In this document: piece after piece, positions 29,304-38,368 of the stretch
Layout: the number at the start of each line of letters is the position of its first letter
How positions within the stretch are numbered: position 1 is the stretch's first letter
Source: an uncultured Candidatus Saccharibacteria bacterium
Lineage (GTDB): Bacteria > Patescibacteriota > Saccharimonadia > Saccharimonadales > Saccharimonadaceae
DNA: 50,302 nucleotides
NCBI GenBank assembly: GCA_947304335.1
Contig: CAMZAW010000001.1
Span: 1 to 50,302, forward strand
Reading direction: 5' to 3'
Notes under the pieces: model-generated
The model's input: the letters and a program-made list of their open reading frames with translations, nothing else
Database searches by the model: none
Told to the model about the DNA's origin: nothing
Translations under genes and position numbers: made by a program

Positions 29304-30548
29304 TTAATTCCCTGTTTTTACCTCTAAAATAATGTCGGCTAGTTCCCTTGCGGCATCCGATTTAGCCTCAGTATGAATCTTCTCCGCCATCTCCGCGCGC
29401 TTCTTTGGACTCCTAACTAAAGAATGAATCATCTCGAGTAATTTCTTAGGATCATCTGTCATTTCAGAATCTTTAATCATCATCGCCGCACCAGCCGCGT
29501 CTAACCGTTCGGCGTTTTTAACCTGGTGCGCACCCGGCAAACGTTCATATGGCACCAAAACCGTAGCCTTACCGAGAGCCGCCAACTCCGCAATCGTCGT
29601 TGCTCCAGCACGTGACACCACAACATCTGCCGCCCCCATCAATTCATCCATCACTGTACTAAATTCAAACATTCTAAAGTTCGACTCAAGGTTTGCCTTC
29701 TCCCAGTTTTCGTAACGCTTCAAATCCACCATGTCTTCGTAGTGTTTCCTACCAGCCACCAACGCCACCGACGTAAACTTCAAAAGTTCCGGCAAAATCT
29801 CACGCGTCGCCAAATTCAAATTCTCTGCCCCCTGACTACCACCAGTAATCACCACAAGTGGTTTAGTGGCGGCAAAAGAAAAAGCCTTTTTAAGTGATTC
29901 CTGGTGCTTCTCGTTCACGTGCTTGAATTCTTTTCCCACTGGCACGCCAGTCCAAACATAATTCGGATGTTTTGCCAGCACTTCGTCACTAAGTGGCATG
30001 CCAAACGCTACCGTGTGTGCTTTCTTCATCAAAATCCGGTTCGCTAGCCCCGCAACAGTATCGGATTCGTGAATCACAAACGGAATTTTAAATAATCTCG
30101 CAACCAGTCCTACTGGCAAACACACAAATCCGCCCTTCAAAAACATCACGTCTGGGCGATTCTTTTTTGGTAACAACCTAAAAAAACTCAAAATCAAACC
30201 ACCAATAAATCCGAAGAATCCGATAATATTTCCAAAAATTAAATCTTTAAGCGTAATATCAATATGCCTAAAATAATCGGAAAACTTCCAGTTGGCATAG
30301 CGATGAAACTTACCAGACAAAACCCTGCGCACTCTAATATATGGCTCGCGTTTTTTGAGCGTAGTTCTTTCCTCTTCGCCCCAAGAAACCCCAAGCTCAG
30401 TTGTCAACTTAGTAACATTTTTGTAGTATTTAAAATCTGTCCAAAATTCAACCCGCGTACGCGGTTTCAAATTCAAAATCTCACGAACGACGGCGACGGC
30501 TGGAGTGATATGTCCTCCGGACCCCCCGCCCACTACTAGTATCTTCAT
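29304..30548 (-). CDS. murG: Undecaprenyl-PP-MurNAc-pentapeptide GlcNAc transferase
   Basis: GGGSGGHI, KGGFV, HESD, GGSQGA, SRAGA and HQVKNA motifs. Confidence 0.96.
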   Translation of the reverse strand: MKILVVGGGSGGHITPAVAVVREILNLKPRTRVEFWTDFKYYKNVTKLTTELGVSWGEEERTTLKKREPYIRVRRVLSGKFHRYANWKFSDYFRHIDITLKDLIFGNIIGFFGFIGGLILSFFRLLPKKNRPDVMFLKGGFVCLPVGLVARLFKIPFVIHESDTVAGLANRILMKKAHTVAFGMPLSDEVLAKHPNYVWTGVPVGKEFKHVNEKHQESLKKAFSFAATKPLVVITGGSQGAENLNLATREILPELLKFTSVALVAGRKHYEDMVDLKRYENWEKANLESNFRMFEFSTVMDELMGAADVVVSRAGATTIAELAALGKATVLVPYERLPGAHQVKNAERLDAAGAAMMIKDSEMTDDPKKLLEMIHSLVRSPKKRAEMAEKIHTEAKSDAARELADIILEVKTGN

Positions 30549-31698
30549 TATTTACCTCTCTTTCAGTATAACATGAAAACTGCCAAACGAGGCCCAAACC
30601 AAAAGCGACAAAGAGAATACTTGTACCACCATAAGACAGAAGCGGCAAAGTAATTCCGGTCACTGGCATCAAGCCGGTCATCGCCATAATGTTCACAATT
30701 GTATGCGTAGCAAGCCAGGCAAAAATGCCAGTCACTACTAAACGTCTTTCTAAATCTCCCGTATGTTCCGCAATTTTCAAAGTTCTAAACAGCATAATGG
30801 CAAACACGCCAACCACCACAAATAGTCCGATAAAACCGAAGGTCTCACCCATCACCGCAAACACCGAGTCGTTAATCGATTCTGGCAAATAACCCGTGGC
30901 CTGTACGCTATTACCGATACCTACACCAAACATCCCGCCCGTGCCAATCGCGAGCATAGCATTTTCTACGTGATAACTAGCATCCGCATCACCGCCACCA
31001 AAGAAAGTTTTAAGACGCTCCATGCGGTGCGCAGATAGCACAACTGAACCCACGCCAAGAACCACAACCGCCGCAATCATAATCAAAAATTGTTTCATTG
31101 GAACACCAGAAATCAAAATCATACTCACAATAATCGCAAGTAGCGCTAGTCCAGTGCCCAAATCTTTTTGCAAAACCACTACAAAACCCAATGACAAAAT
31201 ACTCATCACACCAACCGGCAGCCAAAACTCTTTCAAAGAGCCAATAGTTCCCTCTTCTTTTTTGCGCCCAATCAAATTTGCAAGATATAAAACCAAGCCA
31301 AGCTTCAAAAACTCTGCCGGCTGGAAGCTTATACTGCCAATGGCGAACCAACGACAAGCACCAAGCTCGCATTTTACCATGGAGCTATGCGCAAGCGACA
31401 ATGCCCACATCAAACCACACAGAAAGAGACCTAAAATCATTACCCATTTTGATACTTTCTTTAGTTTTTCATATGGGATTTTGAATGCCGCAAAAAACGC
31501 AGCTAGAGCAATCCCGACACTTATCAACTGGTGAATAAAGAAGTAATTCGGGTCATAATCCGCCCCATAAGCCGAATTCAAAACGTTTGCACGCATCGGA
31601 CCGATTGCGTAAATTACAATCAAGCCAAGCGCCATTAAGCCAAGTGCCGAGAACAAAATCGCAAGATCGCTTTTGTGCTTTCGCGTTTTTACCACCAC
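30481..31698 (-). CDS. ftsW: SEDS family peptidoglycan glycosyltransferase
   Basis: GACRW, FQPAEFLK, QKDLGT and TGITLPLLSYGGTS motifs; position in dcw cluster; GTG start with SD AAGGAG. Confidence 0.93.
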   Translation of the reverse strand: MVVKTRKHKSDLAILFSALGLMALGLIVIYAIGPMRANVLNSAYGADYDPNYFFIHQLISVGIALAAFFAAFKIPYEKLKKVSKWVMILGLFLCGLMWALSLAHSSMVKCELGACRWFAIGSISFQPAEFLKLGLVLYLANLIGRKKEEGTIGSLKEFWLPVGVMSILSLGFVVVLQKDLGTGLALLAIIVSMILISGVPMKQFLIMIAAVVVLGVGSVVLSAHRMERLKTFFGGGDADASYHVENAMLAIGTGGMFGVGIGNSVQATGYLPESINDSVFAVMGETFGFIGLFVVVGVFAIMLFRTLKIAEHTGDLERRLVVTGIFAWLATHTIVNIMAMTGLMPVTGITLPLLSYGGTSILFVAFGLGLVWQFSCYTEREVNNEDTSSGRGVRRTYHSSRRRRS

Positions 31699-31708
31699 TT
31701 TTTACTCC

Positions 31709-32731
31709 TTACAAAACTCCGCTAATCGCGGCCAAAAACACGCCCAGAATTGCGCAGACGCCAGCAATAATCCAAAATCTCATCACAATCTTTGCTTCCC
31801 CCCAGCCCTTCGCCTCAAGATGATGGTGCAAAGGCGCTGAAATAAATATTTTTCTTTTCAAAAACTTCTTCGACATGAGTTGAATCAAACTTGAACCAGT
31901 TTCCACTACAAACATCAAGCCAATCACAGGTAGAAGCAAGAATGAATTGGTCATCATGGCTACCACGCCAAGCCCAGCGCCAAGCGCAAACGAGCCAACG
32001 TCGCCCATCATAAAACGAGCCGGCGGCACGTTAAACCAAATATAGCTAAGCAACCAGCCAACTACGGTCATACAAAAACCAAACAGCATCATCTTACCTT
32101 GGAAAAGTGCAATTGCACCAAATGCGCCGTAGGCCAACATAGCAAGGCCACCAGAAAGGCCATCTAGACCATCAGTAATATTCACAGCGTTTGAAGTTGC
32201 TACTACCGCAAAGGCAAAAACAATAATCATGCCAACTACGCCGATATTTAAGTCGCCCACAAATGGGATATCGATTGCGGTCCAACCAAGTTTTACGGCA
32301 AAGAACCAGCCGAGCACTGCACCCACCATCGTAATCAAGAAGAATTTTACTGGCCCACGCAGCCCCGCTGCTCCCCTACCAGAACCAAACACATTAATCA
32401 AATCGTCGATAGCACCAACTACGCTACCACCAAGAAAACCAACAAGCGGTAACCAGGTTTGACCACGATCCAAATTAAAGACCCATGTCACAACCGTGAC
32501 CGCCACAACGCCAATAATACCCGCCATTGTTGGAAAAGCGCGCTTAAATTTGTGTTCATGTAGCTTCGTCATAATCGGCAAAGCTTCGCCATCTACCGTA
32601 GTTTTCTTTTGCTTCTTCCAAAACTTATATTTATAAGCAAAGTGCGTATAAAATGGTGTCATTGCCATAGCCAGCAAAAAGGCTGCTACTGCTAGCAACA
32701 ATCCGTAAAACATTTCGTCGTTTATTTTCAT
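31709..32731 (-). CDS. mraY: Phospho-MurNAc-pentapeptide transferase
   Basis: PTMAG, GAIDD, NAVNITDGLDGL, MGDVGS and APLHHH motifs. Confidence 0.97.
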   Translation of the reverse strand: MKINDEMFYGLLLAVAAFLLAMAMTPFYTHFAYKYKFWKKQKKTTVDGEALPIMTKLHEHKFKRAFPTMAGIIGVVAVTVVTWVFNLDRGQTWLPLVGFLGGSVVGAIDDLINVFGSGRGAAGLRGPVKFFLITMVGAVLGWFFAVKLGWTAIDIPFVGDLNIGVVGMIIVFAFAVVATSNAVNITDGLDGLSGGLAMLAYGAFGAIALFQGKMMLFGFCMTVVGWLLSYIWFNVPPARFMMGDVGSFALGAGLGVVAMMTNSFLLLPVIGLMFVVETGSSLIQLMSKKFLKRKIFISAPLHHHLEAKGWGEAKIVMRFWIIAGVCAILGVFLAAISGVL

Positions 32732-34464
32732 TATTGTCTCGGTTTTATTTTTAAATAATCAATTACAAAATTTGAAATAGAATCGAAAGCAGCTGAACCG
32801 TGCGTACTTCCGTCCATTTGCTGCCCCTCCCCCCACATTTTAACCATAATTACGTATTTTGGCAACTCCCCTTCTGTGCCACCATAGCCAACATAAGAGG
32901 CCACCGTTTCAGACATCGTATTGTCATAACCGCCGTCACGCACTACCTGCGCAGTGCCAGACTTACCGCCAATATCATAACCATATCTATCAATACCCTG
33001 CCTTCTCTTATGGCTACGGTTATTAAGTAGCAAATCGCGCATCATATTACTCGTATATTCAGACAAGATTTGACGTGTACTACTTTTTTGTTCAGCTGGA
33101 ACCAATTCCCCATTCTTGAGAGTACCTGCGATAATCGTTGGTGTGTGATAATAACCACCATTCACGATTGCCGAAAAAGCCGACGCCACCTGAATCATCG
33201 TCAGATAAACGTTCTGACCAAATGTCATATTGGCGTAAACTGAATCACGACCATAACCTTCGTTTGGATCTGGCACCAGACCTTCAGCTTCGGAAATTTC
33301 GATGCCAGTCTTTTGGCCTAAACCAAATTTATTATAGTAGTAATCGTAAAGTCTTTCCCTACCCACCTGTGTAATTTGGTCTGGATTATCGCCAAGAAAG
33401 CGCAAGGACTGAATACTACCAGTGTTTAGTGACCAATATAAAGCCGTGCGCATATCAAGCGTACCAATGAGCGAACTTCGCTGCTCTGCGTTCTTGATTG
33501 TCCAACCGTCAACCACCGTATAGCCAGCATTATAATACGTGGAGTCTGCCGTCATCTTACCCTCGTTAATCGCTGCCGAAAAAGCAAAAGTTTTGCATGT
33601 ACTAGCTGGCTCATACGGCACTTCGGTTACATAGTTAACAAACACCGATGCATCCTCAACTTTGTCATATTTTGCCGGATTATAATTCGGATAATTTGCC
33701 ATTGTGAGAACCTTGCCGTTATTTGGATCAATCACAATCGCCGACATATTAGTAGCTGGCGTGTTTGCCACGGTTTGCGCCATCAATTCTTCTATGCCCT
33801 TTTGCATGCCACGATCGACCGTAAGCACTACGGTTTCGCCATCCACAGCCGGGATTTTTACATTGTCATTACCAATCGAAAGCGCCACATTATTAACATC
33901 CGAAATCGATTTCAAAAGCCCGTCAGTGCCTTTTAACACATCATTTAACGAACCTTCGACACCATATTGGCCAACGCCCTCAGCATTTACAAAACCAAGC
34001 AAAGCCGAAGCCATTTCGCCTTCTGGATACACGCGACGGTTGTTTTCCTGAAACCAGATTCCACCCACACCCTCTTTCGCTATTTGGTCCGCCACTTCGC
34101 GCGTGATATTTCTAGCAATCACAAAATAGCGCAAACCTTCAATATCATAAATTTCGTCGATATCCGCTGTAATGTTTTCCTTAGCGTATTTATCAAGTAA
34201 TTCTTTCAAACGGTCTTTATTTGTCACGGCCGGGTCAATAATAATTGAATATACGGTTTGATTTAGTACCACCGGCACCGGCGTATCACCATCCATCATA
34301 TATATTTCACCGCGATCCGCCACGATAGTCTCAAGCATCGTATGTTGCACATTGGCCTGCTCCACCCACTTGCCATGTTCAATTATTTGGATAAAAAATA
34401 GCCGCACTACGATAACGCCTAATGCAGCCAAAACCAAATATCTTAATGCTTTAATCCGTGACAT
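32731..34464 (-). CDS. ftsI: Class B penicillin-binding protein (FtsI-like)
   Basis: RGEI, RVYP and GVEG dimerisation motifs; STCK (SxxK), SLN (SxN) and KSG. Confidence 0.9.
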   Translation of the reverse strand: MSRIKALRYLVLAALGVIVVRLFFIQIIEHGKWVEQANVQHTMLETIVADRGEIYMMDGDTPVPVVLNQTVYSIIIDPAVTNKDRLKELLDKYAKENITADIDEIYDIEGLRYFVIARNITREVADQIAKEGVGGIWFQENNRRVYPEGEMASALLGFVNAEGVGQYGVEGSLNDVLKGTDGLLKSISDVNNVALSIGNDNVKIPAVDGETVVLTVDRGMQKGIEELMAQTVANTPATNMSAIVIDPNNGKVLTMANYPNYNPAKYDKVEDASVFVNYVTEVPYEPASTCKTFAFSAAINEGKMTADSTYYNAGYTVVDGWTIKNAEQRSSLIGTLDMRTALYWSLNTGSIQSLRFLGDNPDQITQVGRERLYDYYYNKFGLGQKTGIEISEAEGLVPDPNEGYGRDSVYANMTFGQNVYLTMIQVASAFSAIVNGGYYHTPTIIAGTLKNGELVPAEQKSSTRQILSEYTSNMMRDLLLNNRSHKRRQGIDRYGYDIGGKSGTAQVVRDGGYDNTMSETVASYVGYGGTEGELPKYVIMVKMWGEGQQMDGSTHGSAAFDSISNFVIDYLKIKPRQ

Positions 34465-34484
34465 AACTAAATAAATTATAGCAT

Positions 34485-34832
34485 TTATTCAGTAGCATAA
34501 CCAGTTACAACGGCATTTTCCATAGATGCCGCTACGGCACTGTTTTTAGCTGTTGCAATCGAGGTAAGACGCGCTTTTTCAACCGCCAAATCTTCTTTTT
34601 TCGCTGTCATTTCAGCAATTTCAGTTTCTACTTCTGAAATTTTGTAATCATAACCCGTGGCTTTAGTTCCCTCAGCCACATAAATCAAGCCAAATACTAA
34701 AGTAATCATACCAACGATCACGATTTGAGAAATCGAGCCAAGTCCACGTGCGGAATGACGCACGATGTTGCGATTACGCGCAAAGCTGACACTGGATACC
34801 GCGCGCCTCGTTGTATAAATTTGACTTCTCAT
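34485..34832 (-). CDS. Probable FtsL-like division protein
   Basis: Short TM plus coiled coil, located between rsmH and ftsI. Confidence 0.65.
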   Translation of the reverse strand: MRSQIYTTRRAVSSVSFARNRNIVRHSARGLGSISQIVIVGMITLVFGLIYVAEGTKATGYDYKISEVETEIAEMTAKKEDLAVEKARLTSIATAKNSAVAASMENAVVTGYATE

Positions 34833-34874
34833 TAATTTTTCCCTCGCTGATAATTTTTATTTTGATGTTTTAGT

Positions 34875-35050
34875 TCCATAGACCGGAGGCGATATAAAGC
34901 AGAGCTATAAGTAACTTTATATCGCGGTTCCGGGAAGGTCATACACTTCACACTCTCTGTGAAACTCTAAATTGGTGAGCCTTATCGGCCCATGTCGATC
35001 GCCCGCCCTTAAATCCTGGGAGTGATCGCTCACTCCCAGGAGGTCAAAGG
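34875..35050 (-). ncRNA. Candidate structured cis-regulatory RNA upstream of ftsL-like gene
   Basis: 12-bp stem with a GCGA tetraloop (35014-35041), an 11-bp GCGAUAUAAAG stem and further hairpins. Confidence 0.55.
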
Positions 35051-35053
35051 ACT

Positions 35054-35119
35054 TTAGCGGAAATTAACCTTAACGGTTTGAACGCGAGATTTGCTCGCAA
35101 CAATAATTTGCTTTGGCAT
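35054..35119 (-). CDS. Small ORF / putative leader peptide MPKQIIVASKSRVQTVKVNFR (21 aa)
   Basis: Strong SD AAGGAGG immediately upstream of the ATG, with an A-rich upstream tract; directly follows rsmH. Confidence 0.6.
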   Translation of the reverse strand: MPKQIIVASKSRVQTVKVNFR

Positions 35120-35152
35120 ATTGCCTCCTTTTTTGTTTTGTTTTTATTTTTA

Positions 35153-36022
35153 TCAATTCCGCTCTGCCACGCGTAATTTTGCGCTGCGGCTGCGCGGGTT
35201 GATAACTAACTCCTCACTCTCCGCAACAATTGGTTTTTTAGTTAAGATTTTTAACTCCGACTCTTCACCATAACTACTCGCATCTTTAAAATAATCTTTC
35301 ACCAATCGATCTTCTAGACTATGGAAAGTAATGATAGCGACGCGTCCACCTGGTTTAAGAATTTTTGGTAGCAGTGGCAAAGTTTTCTCAATTTCCTCGA
35401 GCTCTTTGTTCACTACAATTCTAATCGCCTGGAAAATCCGCGTAGCTGGATGTACCCGGCTATGTTTTGACTTACTCGCAATGATTTCAGCAAGTTGTTT
35501 AGTTCCCTCAATTGGGCGAGCATGCACAATTTCGCGTGCTAACATTTTCGCGCGCCCTGGTTTTTCTTCGCCATAGCGTTCAAAAATTTCCGCGAGCTCG
35601 CGTTCGCTCCACTTGTTGATAATCGTCGCCGCAGTCAACTCCTGCCGTTGATCCATTCTCATATCAAGCGGCCCATCTTTTGCAAAAGAAAAGCCACGTT
35701 CAGCAATGTCTAGTTGCGGAGAAGAAACTCCAAAATCCGCAAGTATTAGGTCGAAAGCGTTTCCACACTCGATTAACTGCAGCACCGCATCGTAAAAATC
35801 CGTATTCATAATTCTGATCGTATTAAATTGTTCTTTTAATACGTTGACCGCGTTAATATCGCGATCTACCAGAACGGAATCTTTATAATTCTGTGTTGCA
35901 TCCAAAATCTCCTTAGCGTGCCCACCATAACCCGCGGTTAAATCAAGGTATGATTCCCCAGGCTTTGGATTAAGGTTTGCTAAGACTTCCGACAATAATA
36001 CAGGAATATGTTGTTTCCCCAT
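35153..36022 (-). CDS. rsmH: 16S rRNA m4C1402 methyltransferase
   Basis: HIPVL, DLTAGYGGHA, DFGVSSPQLD, LDMRMD, FHSLEDR and NPRSRSAKLR motifs. Confidence 0.97.
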   Translation of the reverse strand: MGKQHIPVLLSEVLANLNPKPGESYLDLTAGYGGHAKEILDATQNYKDSVLVDRDINAVNVLKEQFNTIRIMNTDFYDAVLQLIECGNAFDLILADFGVSSPQLDIAERGFSFAKDGPLDMRMDQRQELTAATIINKWSERELAEIFERYGEEKPGRAKMLAREIVHARPIEGTKQLAEIIASKSKHSRVHPATRIFQAIRIVVNKELEEIEKTLPLLPKILKPGGRVAIITFHSLEDRLVKDYFKDASSYGEESELKILTKKPIVAESEELVINPRSRSAKLRVAERN

Positions 36023-36038
36023 ATATTGATTATACATC

Positions 36039-36337
36039 GTTTGAGATCGTTCAACTAGAAACTTCAGCGGTTTTGTTTTTGCTTTAGTTTTTGTTTGATC
36101 ACAATTTATCCACCACGATTTTACCAGCGCGAAGCTAATCATATATCGCAGCCGTTGAGAGACTTATTGTGTTTTGTTTTATAGAGTTTTTATTGGGAGG
36201 TGTGTTTTAGAGAATGTACACACAGTTGCTTTGACGCGTCCTGCTAAAATTTAACGCGCGCCGAAACTCCTAGTTGGTCGATCTCAAACCTTTTTAAGGT
36301 GCATTTTTATTTTGTGGTTTTTGTATGTGCTTCCACT
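36039..36337 (-). ncRNA. Candidate ncRNA closed by a 31-bp stem
   Basis: 36289-36259 pairs with 36069-36039 (G-U wobbles on the minus strand only), with an upstream promoter. Confidence 0.6.
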
Positions 36338-36343
36338 ACCCTC

Positions 36344-36372
36344 AGTTTAGACTATTTTTGACAAAAATGCAA
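36344..36372 (-). promoter_or_regulatory. Sigma70-type promoter
   Basis: TTGCAT-17 nt-TAAACT on the minus strand. Confidence 0.6.
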
Positions 36373-36521
36373 GTGCTTTTTTCGGCTTTTTCATAAGCAC
36401 TTTTCCCCACATTGTGGAAAACTTTCCTCTTAAAAACCGAACAAACGGCTATTTATTTTTTATACGAATTATGTCATAGTAACCGAACACCAATCTGTTG
36501 GAAACGTGTTATAATTAACCC

Positions 36522-37313
36522 ATGTTTAAAGAAATATTATCTGAGCTCTGCGCTGAACTAGGCATTAAATGTGTTAACCTTTCCGATAATTGGGTGCATA
36601 TTTTGACATATAAAGATAAAACCCGCTTTATTATTAGTGCCCGCTTTGACCTCAATAATAGTGCCAGCGCCTCCATCGCAGACGACAAGGTAGCTACTTA
36701 TTCCGTATTAAACGAAGCCAAAATCCCTGCTATTCCGCATTTTCTAGTTATGAATACTGGTTTTTCGCATGGTCGCCCCTTCACCGACCTTAATCTCCTC
36801 AAAAACCCTTATTCATCCTTCCCTGTCGTAGTTAAACCATACCGCGGCAATAGCGGACGTAGTGTTACGCTTTGTAAAAACCAAACCGAAATAAATAATG
36901 TGGCTATGAAGCTTATCGAATCTGAAGGTGCCGCCTGTCTTAGCCCATTTGTCGACTCTACCTACGAATACCGTGCTTTCTTTTTGGACGGCGAAATCCT
37001 CTATATTTACCGTAAAACCCGCCCAGAAGGCTCTTTTCGCCATAATTTATCAGGAGGTGCCCATCCAGAGCTCATAGATCAAAAATCTAAGCTTTATAAT
37101 TCCCTTTCTAACCTCGCTAGCGCCGCCGGCAAAGCCCTTGGCCTAAGGTTTGCTACCGTTGATATGCTAGAGACCGCGGATGGACCAAAAGTATTAGAGA
37201 TCAATCAGGGTGTTTGCGCTGGTATCTTCGCTAAAAAAGTGCCAAACGGCAAAGAAATCGCTAAAGACATCTACCGCCAAGCTCTCCAGAAACTTTTTGA
37301 TATTTCCTCTTAA
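36522..37313 (+). CDS. ATP-grasp (RimK-like) ligase
   Basis: DDKVAT, PVVVKPYRGNSG, EYR, RHNLSGG and VD…LEIN motifs. Confidence 0.85.
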   Translation: MFKEILSELCAELGIKCVNLSDNWVHILTYKDKTRFIISARFDLNNSASASIADDKVATYSVLNEAKIPAIPHFLVMNTGFSHGRPFTDLNLLKNPYSSFPVVVKPYRGNSGRSVTLCKNQTEINNVAMKLIESEGAACLSPFVDSTYEYRAFFLDGEILYIYRKTRPEGSFRHNLSGGAHPELIDQKSKLYNSLSNLASAAGKALGLRFATVDMLETADGPKVLEINQGVCAGIFAKKVPNGKEIAKDIYRQALQKLFDISS

Positions 37314-37348
37314 TATGCTACAATTACTCTATAAATAAGTGAGGAAAT

Positions 37349-38326
37349 ATGCAAGAAAAATTCGATGTCTTCCTGTGGGCCAACGAAATTGACGAAATTA
37401 AGAACAACGTTAGCGCTGAGCTATTTTTGTTTAACAAAAATTATACACCTTTCAAAATTAAGTACTCAGATCAGTTAACAAGCAGTGTAAAAAGTTTATT
37501 CATGCAGAACGCTGCTAAGTTCATTATTGAAGGTGCCGACAAAGGCCTCGAATGTCGCGAATACGAAAAAGCCGATGGTGAAGACAATGTAATCTATCAT
37601 ACTGACCTTGATAAAGTCGGCCGCGCCGAAACCCTCATTCACCTCATTGAGAACGAATACAAAGACATCAATTATTTCTCTGAAAACGAATACGAATTCA
37701 AGAAAATCAAAGGTATTATCGCTAAATTCACCTATCCAGGCGGCGAAGACGGCACCAAGACCTTCTATATCGCCAAAGCCATCTCGGCTTCTAGTGCGCT
37801 AAAAGGTGCCTCCTCGTGGGAAATTAATGGCGAAAGCTTTGAACCTTTCTCTGCTGAAGTCGCCATCAAGATGCCTGATGACAACCAAGTAGCTATCATT
37901 GATAAAACTATCGTAGTATTTAACCAATCTAAGTTCGAAAACCTCTTCCAATACGACTATAAATCTCAAGTTATCGCCGAAGAAAAGGCCAAAGAGCTTA
38001 GCGAAAAATATAAGCTCTCCTTTGCCGAAGGTTTGACCCTTAATTCTCTGCTTCAAGATAAGAAACCAGTTCTAAAGAAGCTCCAAGCCATGGATATCGC
38101 CGAAGAAATGTCACAAAAAGACCTCATTAATTATGCAGACGAAATGCAACTAGACCTCATGACGGACGACGATGGTTCCATCATCATCATGGACGACAAA
38201 GATTTGACCACCTTTGTAAATCTTTTGAACGAAGATTACTACGTATCGCCAGTCAACGGTCGTCGCTACGAAATCAAATCCAAAAAACTGCTCGGCGAAC
38301 CAGATGGCGAACCACCACGCGGTTAA
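37349..38326 (+). CDS. DUF4868 / KwaB-like domain protein
   Basis: VFNQSKFENLFQY and FVNLLNEDYYVSPVNGRRYE resemble the KwaB-like C-terminus; acidic protein. Recognised by eye only. Confidence 0.6.
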   Translation: MQEKFDVFLWANEIDEIKNNVSAELFLFNKNYTPFKIKYSDQLTSSVKSLFMQNAAKFIIEGADKGLECREYEKADGEDNVIYHTDLDKVGRAETLIHLIENEYKDINYFSENEYEFKKIKGIIAKFTYPGGEDGTKTFYIAKAISASSALKGASSWEINGESFEPFSAEVAIKMPDDNQVAIIDKTIVVFNQSKFENLFQYDYKSQVIAEEKAKELSEKYKLSFAEGLTLNSLLQDKKPVLKKLQAMDIAEEMSQKDLINYADEMQLDLMTDDDGSIIIMDDKDLTTFVNLLNEDYYVSPVNGRRYEIKSKKLLGEPDGEPPRG

Positions 38327-38335
38327 TAACCCAAC

Positions 38336-38368
38336 AAAAAACTGCCCGCTTTGAAACGGGCAGTTTTT
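38336..38368. terminator. Bidirectional intrinsic terminator
   Basis: AAAAAACTGCCCG…CGGGCAGTTTTT between convergent genes. Confidence 0.9.
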
